Source of the DNA: Candidatus Poseidoniia archaeon
GTDB taxonomy: Archaea > Thermoplasmatota > Poseidoniia > MGIII > CG-Epi1
DNA length: 64,000 bases
Direction: 5' to 3'
Assembly: GCA_030754655.1 (NCBI GenBank)
Contig: JASLZX010000001.1
Location: 14,400-78,399, forward strand
In this document: positions 28,832-35,906 of the stretch, one piece after another
Numbering within the stretch: position 1 is the first letter of the stretch
Layout of the letters: each line of letters starts with the position of its first letter
Notes under the pieces: generated by a model
Told to the model about the DNA's origin: nothing
Database searches by the model: none
The model's input: only the letters and a program-made list of their open reading frames with translations
Program-made: the position numbers and the translations under genes

Positions 28832-29512
28832 TCAGCCGCCGCGCTCGTCGAGCCAGCGCCTCCCGGCGCGCGCCAGCGTGTACGCCACGAAGTAGGTGTC
28901 CTCCCACGGCCGCAAATAGCCCACGTCAAGCGCATATTGCAGGAATTCCTCCTGCATCACCGTACCGCGCGAAACCTGCTCGGCATCTTCCTCCGCCATC
29001 CCGCGCGCCATCAGTTCGTGCGGGTAACCCTTGCGATGCGGTTGGTAGAGCAGGTAAGCCGGAATCAGCTCGCGCGCCAGCTCCGCCTCGTTGCGGCAAC
29101 GGCCATACTCCCCGGCGAGGAACGCTACTTCCGAGAGGCCGGCGCGCGCCTGCCGCGCAAGCCGCAGCGGCTCGGTCGCCACGTCGCCGTCGAGGTCGTC
29201 CGGCAGGTCGGGCATCGCCTCCGCCAGCACCTGTTCGAACAGCTCGCGCGCTTCACGCAAGTTCTCCCGGGGGGAGAGCCGCAGCAGGACGCAGACGGCG
29301 CCGCGCGATTCCTCCTCGCGTGCGCCCAGAACGCCGCCGCTGGCGGCCGCCGGCAGCTCGAGGCTGCGACGCAGCTCGTCGTCGCGAGCGCGCCGCTCGC
29401 CCAGGACGCCGAAGCCGAGGGCGTTGCCGCGCGCGGCGCGGGCGTCCTCGCTGCCCCGCTGGTCCTCCAGCTGCTCGCGCAGGTGCTTCGCCAGCCCGTC
29501 GGGGAGCTGCAT
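28832..29512 (-). CDS. Hypothetical protein
   Basis: ATG 29512 overlaps the upstream stop (TGATG); helical, protein-like sequence. Confidence 0.65.
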   Translation of the reverse strand: MQLPDGLAKHLREQLEDQRGSEDARAARGNALGFGVLGERRARDDELRRSLELPAAASGGVLGAREEESRGAVCVLLRLSPRENLREARELFEQVLAEAMPDLPDDLDGDVATEPLRLARQARAGLSEVAFLAGEYGRCRNEAELARELIPAYLLYQPHRKGYPHELMARGMAEEDAEQVSRGTVMQEEFLQYALDVGYLRPWEDTYFVAYTLARAGRRWLDERGG

Positions 29513-30012
29513 CAGTCGCGCGACGGCAACGCCTCGCCCGCCTGCCAGCGCGCCATTACCCACAGCAAGTCCGAAAGGCGATTCAGGTACGCCAGCGCGC
29601 CGCCCCCAACGCCAGCCGCCAGCGCGCGCCGTTCGGCGCGCCGCGCGACGGTACGCGCATGGTCGAGCAACGCTGCCACCCGGTTCTCGCCCGGAACGAC
29701 GAACTCCTGCGGCATCTCGAAGCGGTCGCCGAGCGAGTCAATTTGCTCCTCGAGCCACGTGACCATTCCGGGCGTGACACCGTCGCCACGAACGGCGCCC
29801 GCCAGCTCGCCCATCACCCGCCAGAGGTCGCACTCGAGCTGCTCGACCAGCTCCGCCAGTTCGCCCCCAGCTTCGGCGCGCACCAGCCCCAGCACCGCCT
29901 GTGCTTCGTCCACTGCGCCGTACGCTTCCGGCAGCGACGAATCCTTGCTGACGCGCGCACCGCTCCCGAGAGCGGTCGAACCGTCGTCGCCGCGGCGGGT
30001 GTAGATTTTCAC
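29512..30012 (-). CDS. pduO: ATP:cob(I)alamin adenosyltransferase, PduO type
   Basis: KIYTRRGDDGST, YGAVDE, ARTVARRAER, YLNRLSDLL. Confidence 0.92.
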   Translation of the reverse strand: MKIYTRRGDDGSTALGSGARVSKDSSLPEAYGAVDEAQAVLGLVRAEAGGELAELVEQLECDLWRVMGELAGAVRGDGVTPGMVTWLEEQIDSLGDRFEMPQEFVVPGENRVAALLDHARTVARRAERRALAAGVGGGALAYLNRLSDLLWVMARWQAGEALPSRD

Positions 30013-30043
30013 GCGTGCGCAGCGGGCTGGCGCTAATTAATCT

Positions 30044-30445
30044 TCACACGCCGAGGTTGAGCAGTAGCACCCGCCGCGCGCCGCGGTGCTCGGAGACCGC
30101 CAGGAAACATTCGCGTTCGGCGTCCACGAGATGCCGTGCCCACGCCTCGGCTTCGTCGGGCGAGGATTCGCCGGGCTTCTCGTCGGTCCCCTTCGCGAGT
30201 CCCGCCAGCCGCTCCAGCAACAGCAGCGGCATCCGCGCGTGGCCGCCGACTGCGCCGACGTGCTCGGGCCATTCGCGAGCGACTAGTGCCGCGAAGCGCT
30301 TCAGCGGCGCGGCCGCCTCGTCGAGACCGGCGGTCCCGCACTCACCGTGCACCTGCAGGTCAACCCCCTTCGACGCGCGCGCAGCCGCTTTGGGGGCGAA
30401 CCCCCAGTAGGCGAGCGCGGCCTTGCGGGCGGTCGCAGCACTCAT
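30044..30445 (-). CDS. Hypothetical protein
   Basis: ATG 30445 with TATTAAG ~23 nt upstream; co-oriented with pduO. Confidence 0.55.
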   Translation of the reverse strand: MSAATARKAALAYWGFAPKAAARASKGVDLQVHGECGTAGLDEAAAPLKRFAALVAREWPEHVGAVGGHARMPLLLLERLAGLAKGTDEKPGESSPDEAEAWARHLVDAERECFLAVSEHRGARRVLLLNLGV

Positions 30446-30479
30446 GCCGCGGCTATGCCGGCGCGGCTTAATACGGTTC

Positions 30480-30758
30480 GGCGGGACCCCGGATGGCGTC
30501 GGCCCGATCCTGGCACGCATGGAAATCGACTACCGCCTACCGGTCAAATTTCCCGACACAGTCCGCTGCGCAGCGGCCGTCACCAGCTTGGGAAACTCGT
30601 CATACCGCATGGCGTACCGCCTCCACTCGGAAGCGCACGGCGGCATCGCGGCGGAGGGCGACTCGGTGGTGGTGATGGTAAACTACGGGACCGGTCGCAG
30701 CGTCCCGCTCAGCGACGAACTGCGCAGCGCTATCCAGAACCTCGAAGACGGAGTCTGA
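30480..30758 (+). pseudogene. N-terminally truncated 4HBT-like acyl-CoA thioesterase
   Basis: GPILARMEIDYRLPVKFPD...LGNSS...GDSVVVMVNYGTGRSVPL matches the C-terminal half of hotdog thioesterases; the catalytic DxxGHVNN N-terminus is absent and there is no room for it. Confidence 0.6.
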
Positions 30759-30776
30759 TTCCGTTACAGTTTTATG

Positions 30777-31150
30777 GGGCCGGCTCAACACCGGCCTTGT
30801 CCAGAAGGGTTGGGTCCCGAACGACCATTCCCCCCTGCGGGGTCGTGGCTGCCGGGGCCCGGGTTCGGGCGCCGGGTTTCCCCTTGCGGGGCTCCCCGGT
30901 CCCTGTTGCCTTCCGGTCCCTCCGTCCCCCGCCTTGGGTCTTGGCCTTGCGGCCTCCACCTTCGGCTTCTTCCGGAGTTTCCGGTTGGCGTCCGTCCGGT
31001 TCCCCCAGCTTCCGCTTCGGTCCTCCGCCTTGCGGCTTCGGTCCTGGGCTTCCGCCGGTTTTTCCGGTCGGTCCCTCGCCTTGCGGGTTATCTCAGCCCT
31101 TCGGATGAGAATATCCCAGCGCGGGAACTCATCATAGGCGAGGGGCCTAT
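30777..31150 (-). ncRNA. Candidate large structured non-coding RNA of unknown family
   Basis: Intergenic; only 3 A on the + strand over 30828-31089; four CC-GCAA-GG hairpin cores, further GGAA loops, long-range helices, terminal GGCCGG/CCGGCC hairpin. Confidence 0.65.
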
Positions 31151-31233
31151 TTACTGCCATTCGCAAACACGTAAATATGATGAGCGCAGCGACGCCTCCG
31201 CGGTCCTTTTCTGGCGCCGCCGGCTGACTTCCC

Positions 31234-32076
31234 GTGCACCCCTACCTGGAAATCACGCGCCCCGCCAATTGCGTGCTGACCGCGGTCGGCGTGGCGGTCG
31301 GCGCGTTCGTCGCGGTCGGCCCGGAGCTGGCCGAAATGGCGCCGCAGCTGGCGCTCGGTTGCGGCGCGGCAATGGCATGCGTCGCCGGGGGCAACGTGCT
31401 CAACGACTGGTTCGACCGCGAAACCGATCGCGCCAACCATCCGCAGCGGCCGCTCCCCTCCGGGCGGCTGCAACCGACGGCGGCGCTGCGCTGGGCGCTG
31501 GCGCTGCTGGCGGCCGGACTCGCGGCGCTGGCGGCCGGCTGGTTGACCGGCCTGCTCAGCGCGCTGCCGCTGGCAATTGCCGGCGGCGGCTGCCTGCTGC
31601 TTGGCAGCTACGAAACCGGACTCAAGGCAACCGGGCTGCCCGGCAACGTGCTGATTGGACTGCTCTCGGGCGCCGTGTTTCTCTACGGCGGCTCGCTCAC
31701 CGACGATCCTGGGCCCGCGCTGTGGCTCTTCACGCTGGCGGTGCTCGCCTCGGTCGCGCGCGAGATCGTCAAGGACGTCCAGGACCTAGTGGGCGACCAC
31801 GACCGGCGCACGCTACCGGCCACCATCGGGACGCCGCGCGCGCTGGCACTGGCCGCCATCGCACTGCTGGTAGCCGTCGCGCTGAGTTTCTACGCGGGCG
31901 CGGGCTTTGACGGCGACGCGCGCAGTGGCTATTTGGCACTGGTCGCGGCCGCCGACGCGGTGATGCTCTACGGCCTCTGGCAGGCACAGCAGGGCGACGC
32001 GCGCACCGGACAGAAACTGCTGAAACAGGGAATGTGGGTCGCGATGGCGGCGTTCATCGTCGGGGCGGGGCTATAG
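31234..32076 (+). CDS. Digeranylgeranylglyceryl phosphate synthase (UbiA family)
   Basis: EITRPANC, NDWFDRETDRANHPQRPLPSG, REIVKDVQDLVGD, RTLP motifs; multiple TMs. Confidence 0.88.
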   Translation: MHPYLEITRPANCVLTAVGVAVGAFVAVGPELAEMAPQLALGCGAAMACVAGGNVLNDWFDRETDRANHPQRPLPSGRLQPTAALRWALALLAAGLAALAAGWLTGLLSALPLAIAGGGCLLLGSYETGLKATGLPGNVLIGLLSGAVFLYGGSLTDDPGPALWLFTLAVLASVAREIVKDVQDLVGDHDRRTLPATIGTPRALALAAIALLVAVALSFYAGAGFDGDARSGYLALVAAADAVMLYGLWQAQQGDARTGQKLLKQGMWVAMAAFIVGAGL

Positions 32077-32104
32077 TTTTATAATTGCACAAATATACAA
32101 CTAT
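32077..32104 (+). promoter_or_regulatory. TATA box and probable ArsR-type operator
   Basis: TTTTATAA then imperfect palindrome TTGCA-CAAATA-TACAA immediately before ATG 32105. Confidence 0.5.
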
Positions 32105-32419
32105 ATGACCACACAAGCTCAATTCTTCAAAGCTCTGGGCGACGCGCGCCGGCTGCGCATCGCCGGCGCGCTGCTCGAAGGCGAACTCGACGCGGGGCAG
32201 CTGGCGGCCGTCGCGGGACGCGATTCCTCAACGGTATCGCGCCACCTGAGGGTGCTGGTCGAAGCCGGGATTCTGCGGCGGCGGCGCGACGGCCGGCGCA
32301 TCATCTACACCATCGTCTCGCCCGAGATGGCGGGGCGGCTGCGGCGCATCGGGGTCGCGCCGCCGGTCGCGCCGCCGGAGCTGGAGGGACGCATCCGCGA
32401 CTTCCTCGCAAGCCAGTAG
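32105..32419 (+). CDS. ArsR/SmtB-family transcriptional regulator
   Basis: FKALGDARRLRI, STVSRHLRVLVEAG, RRDGRRIIY winged HTH. Confidence 0.9.
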   Translation: MTTQAQFFKALGDARRLRIAGALLEGELDAGQLAAVAGRDSSTVSRHLRVLVEAGILRRRRDGRRIIYTIVSPEMAGRLRRIGVAPPVAPPELEGRIRDFLASQ

Positions 32420-32466
32420 TAGCGCGCGGCGCCACCGTTATAGCCGGCGCGGACTGCCACCACGCG

Positions 32467-33258
32467 ATGCACGGCGACCCACAAGGCATGGCCGGTGATG
32501 GCGAGCGACGCACGCAGATCGTCGTCGCGATTACGCTGGTGATGATGGTGGTTGAAATCGCCACCGGCCGCATCGCCGAGTCGGTAGCGCTGCTCGCCGA
32601 CGGCTGGCACATGGGCACCCACGCCGCGGCGCTGGGAATCACACTTTACGCCTACCATTTCACGCGCACACATCCCGACATCAAAGAGGGCAGCCCGCAA
32701 GCGAGTCGAGCCAGCGCGCTGGGCGGCTTCGCGAGCGCCATCGTGCTCGGCATCGTCGCGCTCTACATCGGCTACGAGGCGTTCCTCCACATTGTCAAGC
32801 AGCCTCCAATCAACTACGGGCAGGCGCTGCCGGTCGCCGTCATCGGGCTGTTCGTCAACGGCTGGTGCGCCTGGATCCTGGGGCAGGGCCACGAAGGCGG
32901 CGGCCACCCGCACGGCCACTCGCACGACCACGCGCCGCGTGACTTCGGCCAGTGGAACCGGCTGATACAATCCTACATTGAGGACTTCGAGTTCATTCTG
33001 GTCCGCATCGGGCGGCTTTTCGCCAGCTCGCAGGACATCACCGACCTGAACCTGCGCGGCGCCTACCTGCACGTGCTGGCTGACGCGCTCATCTCGGCCT
33101 TTGTCATCCTGGCGCTGCTGCTAGGGGCGGCGTTCGGCAGCGGTTTCGCCTACCTTGACCCGCTGGTCGGTATCGTTGGCGGCGTCGTCATCGCGCGCTG
33201 GGCGCTAGGGCTGATGAGCGACTCGAGCCGGGAACTGCTGGGGCTGGAGCAAGCTTAA
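32467..33258 (+). CDS. Cation diffusion facilitator (DmeF-like metal efflux)
   Basis: ALLADGWHMGTH, His-rich loop GHPHGHSHDH, NLRGAYLHVLADAL, LDPLVG; no C-terminal cytoplasmic domain. Confidence 0.88.
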   Translation: MHGDPQGMAGDGERRTQIVVAITLVMMVVEIATGRIAESVALLADGWHMGTHAAALGITLYAYHFTRTHPDIKEGSPQASRASALGGFASAIVLGIVALYIGYEAFLHIVKQPPINYGQALPVAVIGLFVNGWCAWILGQGHEGGGHPHGHSHDHAPRDFGQWNRLIQSYIEDFEFILVRIGRLFASSQDITDLNLRGAYLHVLADALISAFVILALLLGAAFGSGFAYLDPLVGIVGGVVIARWALGLMSDSSRELLGLEQA

Positions 33259-33375
33259 TCACGCTCCCCAGTGCCACCCCCCCATGCGCTGTTCCGAGTG
33301 CAACTGTGACATTGAGGCGGGCGTCCGCGTCAAGTGGTGCGCCGGTGATTGTTGTTGTAGCCACTTACCGAGTTG

Positions 33376-34389
33376 TTAAGCTTCCATCCCTGCCACGTAG
33401 CGGCCGTAGCGCGCGGCTCCGTTGAGCCGCGCGCGCTGGACGAACACCGCCTGCGCTGCTGCGCAATTATCTGCGTCGCCACCCCACGTTTGTAGCGCCG
33501 ACTGCTGCAGTGCGCGGCCGTAGGAAAACGAGAGCTCCCACGGGCCACCGCCCTGCGCGTTCATCGTGTTAAGGTGCGCCGTCGCCTCGACTTCCGACTG
33601 GCCGCCGGAGAGGAACATGATACCGGGAACGTCGGCCGGTACGGTCGCCTTGAGGCAGCGCAGCGTTTCGCTGGCGACCTCATCGACGCCGGCGCGGTTC
33701 GCGGCGTCGCTGGCGGAGATGACCATATTGGGCTTTAGCAGGATGCCTGGCAGATGGACGCCGCGGTCGGCGAGCGCGTCGAAAACCCGGTTGAGCGTGC
33801 ATTCGGTGATTTCGTAGCAGCGGCCGATTGAGTGCATGCCGTCCATCAGCACCTCGGGCTCGACAATCGGCACAAGGCCGGCCTCCTGTGAAATACACGC
33901 ATAATCGGCCAGCGCGTCAGCATTGGCCTGCACGCAGGGGCTGGTCGGCAGACCTTCGCCGATGGTGATTACGGCGCGCCACTTGTCGAAGCGGGCGCCG
34001 AGTTCGTAGTATTCAGCACACCGCTCCGCAAGGCCGTCGAGCCCCGCCGTCAGCTTCTCGCCCGGCGCGTCGTCCATCGGGTGCGCGCCGCCGTCGACCT
34101 TAATCCCGGGGATGACGCCTTGGGACTCGAGGATTTCAGCCATGCCGCGGCCGTCGCTCGCCGCCTGCCGTAGCGTTTCGTCAAACAGGATGACGCCTGA
34201 GATGTGCTGCTCCATCCCCGGCGCGGTGAAGAGTGTCTCGCGGAACTCGCGCCGCAATCCGGGCTCGTTGGGCAGCCCCAGCTGCGCCAGCCGCTTGCCC
34301 ATCGTGGGAGTGGATTCGTCCGCCGCCAGGATGCCCTTGCCCGGCGCCGCCAGCGCGTGGGCGGTCGCCTCCAGTGCCTCCCGGTCCAT
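33376..34389 (-). CDS. Fructose-bisphosphate aldolase, class I (eukaryote-type glycolytic family)
   Basis: GKGILAADES, GIKVD, KWRAV, VPIVEPEV, LLKPNMV (Schiff-base Lys), FLSGGQSE, FSYGRALQ. Confidence 0.94.
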   Translation of the reverse strand: MDREALEATAHALAAPGKGILAADESTPTMGKRLAQLGLPNEPGLRREFRETLFTAPGMEQHISGVILFDETLRQAASDGRGMAEILESQGVIPGIKVDGGAHPMDDAPGEKLTAGLDGLAERCAEYYELGARFDKWRAVITIGEGLPTSPCVQANADALADYACISQEAGLVPIVEPEVLMDGMHSIGRCYEITECTLNRVFDALADRGVHLPGILLKPNMVISASDAANRAGVDEVASETLRCLKATVPADVPGIMFLSGGQSEVEATAHLNTMNAQGGGPWELSFSYGRALQQSALQTWGGDADNCAAAQAVFVQRARLNGAARYGRYVAGMEA

Positions 34390-34410
34390 ATGCCCCGAGG
34401 CTGGCGCAGC

Positions 34411-35364
34411 TTAAGAGGCTGGCGCGTGTTCGTGACGGATAATTTCGTCGCGGCTGTCGGCAACCGAGATGACTCGACTGGTCGTCACCGTTCCCGACTT
34501 CCCCGCCACGGGGCCGGGCAGCCAGCCGTCGCAGACACCCGTCGCCACGAAGACTGCGTCGTCGGAAGTGCAGAGCTCGTCGCGCTGCCAGAGCCGGTCG
34601 ATGTCGTCGCCGAGCATCTCGACTGCCCGCGCGCGGAACTCCGGCTTGTGGAAATGCAGCCGCCCCTCGAAGAAACCGCCAATCCCGCGCAACGCGGTGG
34701 CGGTGATGACGCCTTCGGGCGCAGCGCCGATGCCGAGCAGCAGGTCGGCTTCGCCGGTCGCGGCACGCAGCGCACCAGCGATGTCACCGTCGCCGATGAG
34801 TTGCAGCTGCGCACCGGCTGCACGGATTTCAGCGATTAGCTGGTCGTGGCGCGGACGCTCGAGCACTATTACCCGCACCTCCGAGAGCGGCTTCCCCAGC
34901 ACTTCGGCCGTTGCGTGCAAATTGTCGGCAACCGGGGCGTCAAGGCTGACGTGGCCCGTCAGCTCCGCCGGGCCGGCAATCTTGTTCATATAGCAATCAG
35001 GCGCATGGAGGAGCGCGCCGCGCGGTGCCGCCGCCAGTACGGCAAGCGCGTCGGGGTCGTCTCGCGCGCAATTGTTGGTGCACTCAAGCGGATCGATTGC
35101 GATATCGACTGCAATCGCGCCAGGGTCGCCCTGCCGCGAGCCGAGCGGCTCGCCAATCCAGAGCATCGGCGCCTCGTCGCGCTCGCCCTCGCCAATCGCG
35201 ACACGCCCGTCGAATGCGATGGTGTCGAAGACCGCACGCATCGCGGCCACCGCCACCGCGTCAGCCACCTTGTTGTCGCCGCAGCCGCGCATGCCGCCGG
35301 CGGCGATAGCGGCTGCCTCGGTGGCGCGCAGGAATTCAGGCGCCAGACTCGTAACAGACTCCAC
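34411..35364 (-). CDS. glpX: Fructose-1,6-bisphosphatase class II
   Basis: TEAAA, IGEGERDEAPML, DIAIDPLE, RPRH, DGD, APEGV, ATGV motifs. Confidence 0.93.
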   Translation of the reverse strand: MESVTSLAPEFLRATEAAAIAAGGMRGCGDNKVADAVAVAAMRAVFDTIAFDGRVAIGEGERDEAPMLWIGEPLGSRQGDPGAIAVDIAIDPLECTNNCARDDPDALAVLAAAPRGALLHAPDCYMNKIAGPAELTGHVSLDAPVADNLHATAEVLGKPLSEVRVIVLERPRHDQLIAEIRAAGAQLQLIGDGDIAGALRAATGEADLLLGIGAAPEGVITATALRGIGGFFEGRLHFHKPEFRARAVEMLGDDIDRLWQRDELCTSDDAVFVATGVCDGWLPGPVAGKSGTVTTSRVISVADSRDEIIRHEHAPAS

Positions 35365-35543
35365 GCGCCGCGATTGCGCGCGGCTTTATAATAACGGCTA
35401 CGGAAGCCACCCCGACACCACTTCCAAGGTGACAAAATGACCATCTCTGTCGTCAAGGGCCCTTGTCGACCCCTGAAAATCAGAAATTATTATATAGTCC
35501 TCTTGCTTGGCGAGCCGCTCCAGCGTGTCGGCGGTGCATAGAA

Positions 35544-35617
35544 GGGCCTGTAGCTTAGCCAGGTAGAGCGTCCGGCTTTTAACCGGACGGCCAAGGGTTC
35601 GAATCCCTTCAGGCCCG
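35544..35617 (+). tRNA. tRNA-Lys (TTT), CCA not encoded
   Basis: GGGCCTG...TCCGG-CT-TTT-AA-CCGGA...GGTTCGAATCC...CAGGCCCG. Confidence 0.95.
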
Positions 35618-35660
35618 CCGATAGCTGGAGTATAAGGCAAGCGCGGAAGGGGGAATTAAC

Positions 35661-35906
35661 TTGAACGAAAATCTATTGTGGCTTCATAAACTGGTGCCGG
35701 GACATCGAAAACTCGAAGCTGAAGAGGTAAAGAGTGCGCTCGGTGAGCTGAATGTCAGGGTGGAGCAACTGCCACGCATCCTGCTCTCTGACCCCGCTAT
35801 TCAGGCTATAGATGAGGAAATCCAGGGCGGGGACGTCATCGAAGTTTCACGCAGTGGCGGCCGCGCCGGGATTAACTTGGCGTACCGGCTGGTGGTGGCA
35901 GAATGA
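35661..35906 (+). CDS. rpoH: RNA polymerase subunit H (Rpo5)
   Basis: HKLVPGH, QLPRILLSDP, GDVIEVSR, AYRLV. Confidence 0.93.
   Translation: MNENLLWLHKLVPGHRKLEAEEVKSALGELNVRVEQLPRILLSDPAIQAIDEEIQGGDVIEVSRSGGRAGINLAYRLVVAE

Noticed and set aside
30777-31150. Interpreting the element as RNase P RNA, SRP RNA, a group II intron or a DGR variable region
   Set aside because: No CR-I/CR-V, SRP helix-8 or domain V motif is visible, and the window has no reverse transcriptase or template repeat. Excluded by eye only; cmscan is still needed.
30600-31166. 188-aa minus-strand ORF and the 378-aa plus-strand ORF (30774-31910) over the candidate ncRNA
   Set aside because: Low-complexity translations. The frames stay open simply because the lack of U (minus) or A (plus) removes stop codons, and both overlap better-supported genes.
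31177-31228. Plus-strand ATGATGA...CTGA as a separate C/D guide RNA
   Set aside because: No terminal stem or convincing C'/D' boxes, and it sits in the divergent promoter region; probably chance.
35365-35543. Intergenic region before tRNA-Lys as an att site or small RNA
   Set aside because: Only short imperfect inverted repeats and TATA-like tracts for the divergent promoters; no duplicated tRNA 3' end was seen in the window.
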